A DNA stretch of 63,146 nucleotides, filler included, from Malassezia furfur (lineage: Eukaryota), in NCBI GenBank assembly GCA_052055015.1. It is 12 parts of 12 records of this genome, joined end to end, with 100 filler letters (N's around TTAATTAATTAA, not from the genome) between each part and the next. Parts side by side here need not be neighbours in the genome. Positions count along the whole stretch, not along the records: positions 21,266 to 26,476 come from JBQJIT010000622.1; positions 26,577 to 31,773 come from JBQJIT010000623.1; positions 31,874 to 37,055 come from JBQJIT010000624.1; 9 more parts are not named here. The stretch is one strand, 5' to 3'. Both the position numbers and the translations under genes were made by a program. Shown one piece after another: positions 22,489 to 33,303 of this stretch (position 1 is the stretch's first letter; every line of letters begins with the position of its first letter). The notes beneath the pieces are model-generated. The model saw nothing but the letters and a program-made list of their open reading frames with translations. It was not told the DNA's origin and made no database searches.

Positions 22489-24194
22489 AGCCGACTCTGC
22501 CCGCCAAGCCATTCTCGTTCGGGATCAGCACGACACCTGCTGCGCCCGCGCCGTCGAAGCCTGCGGCGCCGCCCGCGGCCACGCCGGCTGTTGTGCCTTC
22601 TGCTACGCCGTCTGCTCCTGCGCCGCTCCCGGAAAAGTTCCGCGACGTTCCCGACTGGGCTATCCTTACACCGCCCACGAAGCGCACTCAGGACCGCTCG
22701 TCGGACGCGGCATCGCAGGCCGCGGCTGTCCCCTATGAGCGGCTTCCGACGTTTGCCTTCCAGGTCGCGCCGGCACGGGTCGTGGATGTCGGCTCTTTGA
22801 GGAAGGGTTCGAGCTCGGCATCGTCGATGCCCACGTTTGGCCAGCCGAGCGATGCGGCCAAACCGCCTGCATCCGCCGGCTTTTCATTTGGCAAGCCTGC
22901 AGTGACTGAGTCGGCGGCGCCTGCACCGAGCTCGTTTGGCAAGCCTGCGGAGGATAAGCCTGCGGCACCCGTGCCGAGCTTCTCCTTCGGCAAGCCTGCG
23001 GAGGACAAGCCAGCGTCTACGTCGGGCTTTTCGTTCGGTAAGCCTGCAGAGGATAAACCGGCATCTACGTCGGGCTTCTCGTTCGGTAAGCCCAAAGAGG
23101 ACAAGCCGACCTCTGCGCCGAGCTTCTCATTCGGCAAGCCGGCTGAGGAAAAGCCTGCGGCATCTGCACCGAGTTTCTCATTCGGCAAGCCCGCAGAGGA
23201 CAAGCCTGCCGAGGACAAGCCTGCAGATGAGAAGCCTGCGCCCTCTGCGCCGAGCTTCTCTTTCGGGAAGCCTGCAGAAGATAAGCCTGCTACATCGGTG
23301 CCCAGCTTTTCCTTTGGGAAGCCCGCCGAGGACAAGCCTGCGGCCCCTGCGCCGAGCTTCTCATTCGGAAAGCCTGCTGACAAGCCGGCTGCGTCTACGC
23401 CGAGCTTCTTTGGCAAGCCGGCCGAGGACAAGCCTGCGTCTACGCCGAGTTTCTCGTTCGGCAAGCCGGCCGAGGACAAGCCTGCGTCTACGCCTAGTTT
23501 CTCGTTCGGCAAGCCTGCTGAGGACAAACCCGCGGCGCCAGCACCCAGTTTCTCCTTTGGCAAGCCCACTGAAAAGCCTGCGTCGACTCCGAGCTTTTCG
23601 TTCGGCAAGCCGGCGACGGAAGGACAATCGTCGGGCTTCTCATTCGGAAAGCCGGCTTCCGACGCGGCACCTGCGTCGTCGGGCTTCTCGTTTGGCAAGC
23701 CGTCCGGCGGCGCGTCGTCGGGCTTCTCGTTCGGCGGCGCTGCGACCCCTTCACCGACCGCTGGATCCACCAGCACCGATGCGGCGCAGGACACCTCGTC
23801 GGCCCCCACGGAGTCTACGGACGCAGCTGCCGACAAGAGCGAAAACACTCTCACCGCCACGGGACAGGGCGAGGAAGGTGAGGACACTGAGCACGAGGTG
23901 CGCGCCAAGATCTGGAAGCTGGAGGGTGGCAAATGGCAAGACCTGGGCGTGACCGTTTTCCGGATCAAGAAGAACCAAGAGACGGGCAAGTGCCGCGTGT
24001 TGGCGCGCAATGCGGTGAACGGGAATGTGGTGCTCAACTTCTTGCTGTATACCGGGATGAAAGTCACCTGCGAGAAGAGCGTCGTGTCTTTCGTGGGCAT
24101 GATTGATGCCAAGCCGAGCAGTCTACGCTGCAAGGTCAAGACGAACGAGGCGGCCGAGTCCCTCAAGGATGCGTTGATCAGTCACTCTGCCTAG
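21267..24194 (+). CDS. FxFG-repeat nucleoporin with C-terminal Ran-binding domain (Nup2/Nup50 type), probably 5'-truncated
   Basis: About 17 FSFG(KP) repeats; RanBD TGQGEEGEDTEHEVRAKIWKL...WQDLG...RVLAR...VVLNF. The frame is open to the contig start. Confidence 0.85.
22880..23740 (+). repeat. Coding tandem repeat (PSFSFGKPAEDKPA, about 51-57 nt units)
   Basis: Repeated ttctc(a/g)ttcggcaagcc..gaggacaagcctgcg. Confidence 0.9.
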
Positions 24195-24620
24195 CAAGCA
24201 ACGATTGTGACGATGTGACGAGTGTGTGAATGTGTCAGAGTCAGCCGAAAAGACGCCCTCCTATTTGATTGTCTGGCCTGCACAGGTGGCCTGGTGATTG
24301 AAGCGAGCGGCAAGAGCAACGGGGTGCTATGGATTTAGGTGCGGCAGGCTGTACCTGCCGCGCCCATTGAAACGCCCCCTACATGGGAATAGCACGGAGC
24401 GAGCAATACAACACTTTGATCTGTACGTATACTCATCAGCATCTATGGACGGCAGACTAGGCGGGCAGCCCAGAGACCCACGCGCTGTCCGCGAAGGAGC
24501 CGTCCAAGAACGATACCCACAAGCCAAACTAGTCCCCGAAGGTCCTTGGGGCACTGTGTGACAAACAGGGATACATTGCGTCATCGGATTGGGATTGGGT
24601 ATAGCGAAAACAGCGACAGA

Positions 24621-25426
24621 CTATACATGCTCGGGGGCTTTGTTCTCCTCCTCTCCAGACAGATTCACCTCGTCCTCTTCTGCAGGAACCGACTGGTACG
24701 TCGCATGTGCCTCGTTCGCCGTACGCGACTTGGACAGCGGCAGCATCCAATAGGTGCCATGGCGCAGATGCAATGCGTATGCATACAGCACCAGCGCAAA
24801 GTACAACTTGATCAACCAACCGCCGATGAGCACAGCCAGGGCAAAGTCGCGCTCCTCCATCCACGTCGCATTCGCGGCCTGGGCTCGGCGCGCGGCCTCC
24901 TTCTGGCCCTCGGGCGTGTTGATGTCGTATTCCTTGTGACGGTACTTGGCCATTTCTTCGGGCGTGCGGTACTCAGACTCGAGATCCTCGATGAGCTTCA
25001 TCAGTCCTGCCTGGTGGCTCGAGTTTGAGATTGGCTTGCCGTCGTGCGTGGCATACACGAACCACCACAGCGCGAACAAAAAGGTCCAACCCGTCGAGAT
25101 CATTTGGTCCAAGATGAAAATGTGCGCGTAGCGGAGCACGGAGCCTGCCTGCTCCTGCACGGTCAGAAAGAAATACGTACGTCACTGATGGCTTTCAGGC
25201 CCCAGATGAAAATAGGAATGGTCGCGATGGAGTAGATGTAGAGCGAGAGCTGCGCAATGGTGCCGCCCTGAAAAATGGCAATGATCCCATAGATACCCGC
25301 AATCTTGTTGAAAAGAGAGAAAAGGGTGAAAATTTGACTGCCCACTTTGATGTCCATAAAACCAAGAAACGAGGTGATGTATGCCTGCAACGACGCCTTC
25401 GGGAGGCGTAGAAACAGTCGCGGCAT
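24621..25426 (-). CDS. KEI1: Inositolphosphorylceramide synthase regulatory subunit Kei1-like, 2 exons
   Basis: SFLGFMDIKVG...LFNKIAGIYGIIAIF...QLSLYIYS; 26-nt intron 25155-25180; KLYFALVLYAYA. Confidence 0.8.
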
Positions 25427-25601
25427 CTCGCCTGGAAACGCTGAAAGACTAATTCGCAACGGAGCGTGGCGACTCACCCCCGAAGATTCGAGGCACGTGG
25501 GTGCCACGTGGAGCGCGTTCGGGGCCTCGCGCCGCACGCGCGTTTGATGGCAGGCACGCCATGGCGCCACGGGTCGCAGAGACGCATTTCACATAGGCTA
25601 C

Positions 25602-26129
25602 CTAGATATCCCAATCCTCATCGTCACTGTCCATGTTCTTCTTGCGCGTGACCTGCGTGAGCGGGTGCAACCTACCGTAATTTTTCCCGTGTCGTGCGGC
25701 TGCGCCTGGTCGATCTGGTCCAGGAGCGAGATGAGCTGTGCTTCGCTCACACGCTGGCGCACTTGACCGCTGCGTGCCATCTGAATGAGGATGTCCGTCA
25801 CAGCTTTCGACTTTTGCGGCTTGACGAGTGCGATCCGCGACACTGCGTGAGCTTTCCTATGCACATACACCGCTCGCGTGCATCGCTGTCCAAAATCTGC
25901 GAAAGCATCTGACGCTTCATCTCCTCCTGCTGCGCCATCTGCTCTTCCCGCTCCGCGTCCGTGCCGGCCTGGCCGCCCATCCCGCCGGCGCCAGGCACAC
26001 CGCCAGGCACGCGGGGACTACTGCTCCCTGTCGATAAGTCCACAGCCCCACTGCGCACGTACCGCCACTGGCTGCGCGCAACTCCGCCATGCGCGCGCGG
26101 CGAATCGCTTCAAGTTCTGGATCGCTCAT
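25602..26129 (-). CDS. PDCD5: PDCD5/TFAR19-family protein, 4 exons
   Basis: MSDPELEAIRRARMAEL...MLSQILDSDARERLSRIALVKP...LIQMARSGQ; introns 26028-26062, 25843-25868 and 25653-25675 (23 nt); ends VTRKKNMDSDDEDWDI*. Confidence 0.9.
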
Positions 26130-26576
26130 TCCCAGCACGTGGAAAACGTGAGGATCCGCGCGACAAAATTCCACAGTGCATGTGGAGCTCCACGAGTAGT
26201 CCGCCAAGCCGTAGATGTTCCAACAAGTCGCATTCGGTAGACATCAATCAACATGGGTGGGCCAATCGTGTAACGAGATCGTGAGCACGGCCGGATGGCA
26301 TCTTCCGTGCACAGCTTGGATGTTGGACATGTTCGGCGCCGCCTACGGGCTGGCAAATGTTTAAAGGCACAGCTGCGACAATTGCCCCACATCCACCCCC
26401 CCGTCCCCAATCGTCCTCTGCTTCTTGCAAGGGCTCCGGCAGCCCAAGCTTCTTGTTTCTTTCGAGCGTTCCTGGTNNNNNNNNNNNNNNNNNNNNNNNN
26501 NNNNNNNNNNNNNNNNNNNNTTAATTAATTAANNNNNNNNNNNNNNNNNNNNNNNNNNNNNNNNNNNNNNNNNNNN

Positions 26577-26993
26577 CGCCGCGGTGCGCGTGCCTGCCTG
26601 TGCACCACCGCGCGCGCCACGCGCCGCGCTGCTCGCCGCGCCGCGGCGCGCGGCCGTCGAGCGCGAGTTGTCCACGACGCTGAAGCTCGACTCGTCCTCG
26701 GCGTGGAAGTAGGCGAACGTGTTCACCGGCGCACCCGTGGGGTACGCGGGCACCGACCCGCCGCGCGTGTTGCGCGTGCTGCGCCCGGACACGGTGCTCG
26801 CGGCGTTGCGGTCGTCGCTCGTGCTGCCGGCCGTGTTCCAGTCGGCGATGCGGCCGATGCGGTCGCTCTTGGAGAAGGGCGAAAAGGGGATCTGGCGGAA
26901 CTCTTCGGGGAGCGCCTGGGCGGCGCCGACACCCGTCGGCGGGCCCCACAGACCGTCGTCAGTGGGCACCTCAGGAAGCTGGAAATGCGCCAT
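26577..26993 (-). CDS. EIF3D: Translation initiation factor eIF3 subunit d, N-terminal part
   Basis: WGPP...IPFSPFSKSDRIGRIADW...DESSFSVVD. Confidence 0.9.
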
Positions 26994-27067
26994 GGCAGAA
27001 GCGTGAGCGAAAAAAGCGGCGCGCTCCCTTGACCGCCACGTGCGCGCACGTGGGTTCGCGGCGCGCC

Positions 27068-29502
27068 ATGTTCATGCTGAAGAGTTGTGCGTAGCGCGCG
27101 TGGCTGACCCAGTGTTTGGCAAAATATGGAGTGACAACAACAACCTCGAGCTCATCCAGCTGCCGGCCGGCTCGCTCTACCTCGTGCGCCCGGGCGACGT
27201 GAAGGGCGCGCGCGAGTGCATCTACAAGGACGCGCTCGCGACGATCCGGCGCACCTCGACCCCACACCACTACCAGTTGGTGATCACGCGCGCCATCCCC
27301 GCGGGGAGCGCACAGGTGCTCGATGGCGAGGAGCCGAACGAGGAGCTGTCGTTCCTGATCGACGAGGCACTCCAGTTCCACAGCAGCACGTTTGACGACC
27401 AGCCGACGTTTGTCTGGCGGGACTACAGCGCGGGCGCCGAGGACCGCATGCAGTTTGTCGTCGACGCGCAGAAGGTGAACGCGGTGACGCGCTCCATTTT
27501 TGAGGTGACGTACCTACAGTGTGCGTGGGAGCGCAAGACGGGGCGCAGTCACGAAGAGGCCACGGACGACGACCTCGAGCGGCTCAAGTACACGGGCGAC
27601 GATGCGGTGGGCGTCGGCGTCGTGGGCGCCGCGGCCGCGGCCGAGGCGTCTGCGGAGGCAACGAAAGACGCACCCACCACGCCGACCAAGGCGCACGCCC
27701 CTCCCGCCGAGGCGACACTGACGCCGCGTGCGTCGCGGCCCGCGGCGCCCACCGAGTCGCTGCAGTCGATCACGGGCACGTCGGAGCCGCGCATTGTGCT
27801 GACGGCGACCGCAGACCTGTACCTGTACGACCAGGCGAGCGGCCTGTTTATGCGGCAGGAGAAGAACGTGCAGGCGAAGGTCGCCGAGGCCGGGCGCTTC
27901 CTGTACTGGATGGTGGTCGACGGCGCGTCGGCGCCGTGGCTGTCGCAGGCGGTCGACAGCCGGATGAACATGAACTTCTCGCAGGAGAACTTGTCGGCGG
28001 TGTGGAACTACTTTGACGCGGACCGGCGCGTGTTCTCGTGGCTGCTGCGCTTCGGCAATGCGGCGGCCTACCAGGCGTTCCAGGAGCACTTTTCGCACCT
28101 GCTCTGGGAGACGCTCAACGAGGAGGCGTGGGGCAAGGCGTCGGCGGTCGACAAGCAGTACGTCGAGCAGGCGTACGAGCAGGACGTGAGCATGACCGCC
28201 GCGGATGCCGACGAGGAGGCCGGCGAGGCGGCGTCGCGGCGTGCGTTGCTCTCTCCGCGGCACACGGCGGCGCTGAGCAGCGACGAGGAGAGTGCGGACG
28301 AAGTCGAAGCCGAGCTCGACCCGATGGACGAGGACGACGAGGAGGACGTGCACGACGACGACGAGCCGCCGGCCGCCGTGCAGCCGGCCGACGACGGACA
28401 GGTCAACTCGCAGCTGGCTGTCGGCTACAAGTTTGACCGCTCGTTTGTGGTGCGCGGCGACAAGATTGGCGTGTTTAAGCACACGGACGACGACCGCCTC
28501 GAGTTTGCGACCTCGATCAACCACGTCCGCACGCCGCAGGGCAAGGCGTTTGCGCCTGGGCGCGTGATGCTGCACGAGCAGGACTCGGCGATGGTGCTGA
28601 TGGACCCGCAGAACCAGCACAGCCTGTACCGCATGGACCTCGAGTACGGCAAGGTGGTCGAGGAGTGGAAGGTCCACGAGGACGTGCCGGTGACCAACAT
28701 TCTGCCCAACACCAAGACGGCGCAGATGACCGCGGACAAGACGCTGATCGGCACGTCGCGCAACGGCATCTTCCGCATCGACCCGCGTCTCGACGGGCAG
28801 AAGCTGGTCGACTCGCAGTTCAAACTGTACACGTCGAAGAACGACTTTAGCGCGGCGGCCACCGACGAGCACGGGCGTCTGGCGGTGGCGAGCAACAAGG
28901 GCGACCTGCGCCTCTTTGACAAGATCGGCAAGAACGCCAAGACGGCGCTGCCCGCGCTCGGCGACCCGATCCTCGGCGTGGACGTCTCGGCGGACGGGCG
29001 GTGGGTGGTGGCCACGTGCCGCACCTACCTGCTGCTGATCGACACGCTGATCAACGACGGGCGCTACGCCGGCTCGCTCGGCTTCGACCGCGCGTTCCCT
29101 GCCGACGCGCGGCCGCTGCCGCGCCGCCTGCAGCTGCGCCCGCACCATGTGGCCTACATGGAGAGCGAGGTGCACTTCACCCCCGCGCACTTCAACGTGG
29201 GCACCGGCGGCGAGACGAGCATCGTCACCTCGACGGGCAACTACGTCGTGTCGTGGTCGTTTAGCGCGGTGAAGAAGGGCAACCCGTATGCGTACGTGCT
29301 GAAGCGCTACCAGGGCACGGTGGTGCGCGACGAGTACACCTACGGCTCGGACCAGTCGATCGTCGTGGCGTTCGAGAACGACGTGCAGCTTGCGCACCGT
29401 GCGCAGCTGCACAAGCCGACGCGCGCGTCGCTCGCGCCCGGCGCCGCACCGCGCACGAGCACGAGCACGTCGCGGGCGCCGCGCCGCATCACGCGTGGAT
29501 AG
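27068..29502 (+). CDS. VID27: Vacuolar import and degradation protein Vid27, 2 exons
   Basis: MFMLKSL | 26-nt intron 27087-27112 | FGKIW...; NSQLAVGYKFDRSFVVRGDKIGVF, LYRMDLEYGKVVEEW, AKTALPALGDPI. Confidence 0.92.
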
Positions 29503-29515
29503 TAGCTATGGATAA

Positions 29516-31773
29516 TCACAGAAAGTTGAGTGCGGCCGCGAGCTTGTCCGCCGGGTCCGCATCGAGGCGCGCCATCTCGATTTCGGAGAGGAGCTTTTTG
29601 ATGCCGATCGAGAGACGCCCCTCCTGCTCGAGGCCCGCGTGCGCGAGCAGCTGCAGGCAGCGCTGGCGCGCCGCGTCGTCGGCAAACAGTTGCGTCTCGC
29701 GCAGGACGTGGTCGACGCTGCGCAGCGACGTGATGTTCGGCACACGGATGTCGGCAAGGAAGGCATCGCCGAGGTCCATCTCGGTGAGCATCGTCTTGTT
29801 CGACGTGGTGCCGAGCACAAGCAGGCGGCGGTCCTTGGGCGGCTGCTTGCCGAGCAGCACCGCCAGCGCCTGCAGCACCGGGTTCGAGAAGCGCGGGCCG
29901 ATCGGGTTCCACTCGATGATCTTCTCGAGCGAGTCGAGCACGATGATGCTCAGCGGGCTCTTGTATGCGTCGTTGAACACCTTGTGCAGATACGCAATCT
30001 TGCCCGACTCGTTCATGCCCACCATGTTCTCTGGCGCGACCAGCTTGATGAAGGGGAAGTCGGACGCCATCGCGATCGTCGCCGCCAGCGCCGTCTTGCC
30101 CGAGCCCGCCGGGCCGTGCAGCAGGGCGGTGACGAGCGAGGTGCGTGCCGACGTGCGCACTTGCTCGACACGCAGCTGGCCGTCGCGCAGGATCACGTCG
30201 ATGTGTGGCGCGTAGTGCATGATGCCGTTGCGCACCACCTGCTGCAGCTCCTCCTCGGCGACACCAAACGCGGGCTTCACCTCGTCGAGCGCACACAAAA
30301 AGTCGTCGCGGTTCACGCGCATGTTTTCGACGTCGTCCGAAATGCCCGCCACCGTGCCGACCTTGACGTGCCGGTTGAACGCAAAGCTCGTCGCGCTCTT
30401 CACCAAACCGGCGATCTCCGCACCGGAGAAGTTTTTCGTGAGTGCCGCCAGCTCGTCGAGGCGCACGTCGTGGTCCATGATGTCGTTCGCACGCATCTTG
30501 GCCGTCTGGATGTTGAGGATCTGCAGCCGACCGTGCTCGTCGGGCAGGCTAATCTCCATGTGCACCTCGAGACGCCCGGGGCGCAGGAGCGCCTCGTCAA
30601 TCATATCGAGGCGGTTCGTCATGCCGATCAGCAAAATGTTGTTCAGCTGGTCGACACCGTCCATTTTCGAAAGCAGCTGGTTCACCACCGAGTCGCCGAC
30701 GCCCGTGCCGCCGCTCGTCGAGCCACGCTGCTTGCAGATCGCGTCCAGCTCGTCAAAGATGATGATGTGCAGGCCACTCTCATCGCCCTTGGCCTTCTGC
30801 TCGGCCTCGGCCTCGGCAAACAGCTTGCGCACGTTCTCCTCACTGGCACCCACGTACTTGCTCAGAATCTCCGGGCCATTGACCACCTTGGGCTCGCCGG
30901 CGTTAAGCATCTTGCCGATCTGCCGCGCCATGAGCGTTTTGCCTGTGCCGGGCGGGCCGTAGAGCAGCAGGCCCTTGACGTGCTGGATACCCAGCTTGTC
31001 GACCAAGTCCGGCGGGAAGATGCGCGAGGCAAACGCACGCCGGAAAATCGCGCTGAACTCGCTGTCCAGCCCACCGATGCCCATGTCCTCAAACTTGAAG
31101 TTGGGCTGCAGAATGGCATTCGTGCGCGGGCGCTTGCCGCTCGCCTTGAGCTGCATCGGGCTGTTGGGCGCCTTGATAAAGTTGATCTGCGTCTGCGGCG
31201 TGACAAGGCCCAGCTCGCTGCCAGGCACCTGGTCCATCGACGCCAGGCCTCGCACCGTCGCGCGCAGGTTGTGCCCGTGGAATTCAAACACGAGAATCTG
31301 CCCAGGGGACAGGACGTGCGCGCTGAACGCCGTGAGGAAGGTCGCCTGCATCTCGTCCGCGTCGAACACATCCATCACCGCCATGCTGCGGCTCAGAAAA
31401 TCAAGCTCGAGGTCGATGCCACCCAGATACAGCGCCGAGCCAAACTGCTGCGGATCAAACGCCTCCACCGTGACGTCCTGGCCCTCGGCGCTCAGCGCGG
31501 CCCACTGCCGCTGCAGCAGCGCGGTGCCGATCGTGCGCGGTGCGATGGTGCGCGTGTTGTCGGCGCTGCATTAGCCAAAGACGTACCGTGCCGTAAATGT
31601 ATAGCGTCCATTCACCACGACGTACTGCGTGTGCCCCCACTCCTCGGGGTTGAGGATGACGCAGTTGGTGGTGTTGAGCGACTGCGGCGCCTTGACGACG
31701 CGCATCATGTGCGGCTGCCGCGACTCGGCGGTGCGCGGCGCGACGCCCGCCGCCGGGCGCGGGGGAAGGGCCG
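29516..31773 (-). CDS. SEC18: Vesicle-fusing ATPase Sec18/NSF, 5' end probably truncated
   Basis: MGIGGLD, FRRAFASR, GPPGTGKT, IIFDELDAICKQRG and a D2 domain. The N-domain continues upstream across a 21-nt intron at 31566-31586. Confidence 0.96.
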
Positions 31774-31873
31774 NNNNNNNNNNNNNNNNNNNNNNNNNNN
31801 NNNNNNNNNNNNNNNNNTTAATTAATTAANNNNNNNNNNNNNNNNNNNNNNNNNNNNNNNNNNNNNNNNNNNN

Positions 31874-32599
31874 CGGCGCATGCAGTGCGCCGCCGCCGCG
31901 CTTCGACGCCACGGGCTGCGCGCCGCGGTCGCTGCGCGGCGCACTCAGCGCACGGACCTCGGACGAGACGCGCGCGCCGTCGCCGAGCGACGACATCAGG
32001 TCCTCAAGCCGCAGCTTTGCCGAGCCCGACGCCGCGTCGGGGCCCTCGGGGATCGCCTCGCTGCGCTCGGTGCGCGTGCGCTTGGCAGGCTGCGCCGCGC
32101 CATCGTCGGCCGTGCGCTTGGTGCGCTGTGCGACGAGCTCCGCGAGGTCATCGTCGAGGTCGTCGTCGTCCTCGTCCCCGCTCTCCTCGTACGCCTCCGA
32201 GTTGTCCGAGTCGTGCGAGGGGTGGGCACGCGCGGGGGGCGCCTCGTCGTCATCCGGCGCGTCGTCCAGCAGGTTGCTGAGCGCCACGAGGTCGTCGCCC
32301 TCGTCGTCTTCAAAGTCCTGCGGCGTGCCCTCACGGTCGTCCGCATCGCGCCTGCCCCCCATCGCAAACTCGTCGTCGCTCTCGCCAAACGCCTCGTCGC
32401 TGTCGATCTCTTCGTCTTCGCCCTGGATGCCCTCGGGCTCGTCGTCGGTGTCGTCAAACACGCGGGGCATACGCGGCCCCTCGTCGTCTTCGTCGCTCTC
32501 ATCGTCATACCGGCCTGCGCGGTGCTTGCGCACCGGCGGCTCGGCGTGTGCAGGCGCGCGCGCGCGCGCCCCACGCCGCGTCGTTCCCCGGCGAGCCAT
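31874..32599 (-). CDS. UTP14: U3 snoRNP protein Utp14, N-terminal part
   Basis: [17 protein letters not shown] motif, KLRLEDLM, acidic N-terminus. Confidence 0.75.
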
Positions 32600-32678
32600 G
32601 GCAGGAAGCGACGCCCACGCACAAAAAAAAAAGTGGCCACGTGGCGAAAAAAGCGACGCCGGCCGTCGCTTCGCCATC

Positions 32679-33221
32679 ATGCGGCCTCTGACGGACACCG
32701 AGTCAACAACGCTCTTTGAGAAGCTGGCGCACTACATCGGCAAGAACCTGGTGCACCTCATCGACCGCCCCGACGATCCGCACGTGTTCCGTCTGCACCG
32801 CGACCGCGTGTACTACGTGTCGGAGGCGAACATGCGCCTGGCCGTGTCGATTGCGCGGCCGAACCTCATGTCGCTCGGCACCTGCTTTGGCAAGTTTAGC
32901 AAGACGGGCAAGTTCCCGCTGCACATCACTGCGCTCGACTACCTTGTGCAGTACGCGCGGTACAAGGTGTGGATCAAGCCGAACGGCGAGATGCCCTTCC
33001 TGTACGGCAACCACGTGGTGAAGGCCCACGTCGGCCGCATCACGGACGATACCCCCGAGCACGCCGGCGTGGTGGTGCTCAGCATGTCGGGCGTCGGCCT
33101 CGGCTTTGGCGTCACGGCGCGCTCCACGGCCGACACGCGCAACATGGACCCGACCAACATCATCGTGTTCCACCAGGCGGACGTCGGCGAATACCTCCGG
33201 GATGAAGAAACATTGTTTTAG
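32679..33221 (+). CDS. NIP7: 60S ribosome biogenesis protein Nip7
   Basis: [21 protein letters not shown]...[26 protein letters not shown]...[16 protein letters not shown]. Confidence 0.96.
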   Translation: MRPLTDTESTTLFEKLAHYIGKNLVHLIDRPDDPHVFRLHRDRVYYVSEANMRLAVSIARPNLMSLGTCFGKFSKTGKFPLHITALDYLVQYARYKVWIKPNGEMPFLYGNHVVKAHVGRITDDTPEHAGVVVLSMSGVGLGFGVTARSTADTRNMDPTNIIVFHQADVGEYLRDEETLF

Positions 33222-33303
33222 TATACGCAGTGGCAGTAGGGCCCGAGAGCATTCTATTAACAAGGCGCAGAACATGCGCACAACCAGGGGTGGGTCGCGA
33301 GCC

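Noticed and set aside
24586..24599. GGATTGGGATTGGG as a telomere seed or telomerase template
   Set aside because: Only about two units are present, it does not match TTAGGG in either orientation, and there is no other support.
32070..32678. Apparent 200-aa N-terminal extension of Nip7, and extended ORF-track starts for MED12, COG1 and MED17
   Set aside because: The extensions are antisense or overlapping frames of neighbouring genes; conserved N-termini start at internal ATGs.
32916..32918. Nip7 KFPLHIT where KFRLHIT is expected
   Set aside because: This is a single-codon difference in a low-contiguity assembly and cannot be distinguished from a sequencing error.
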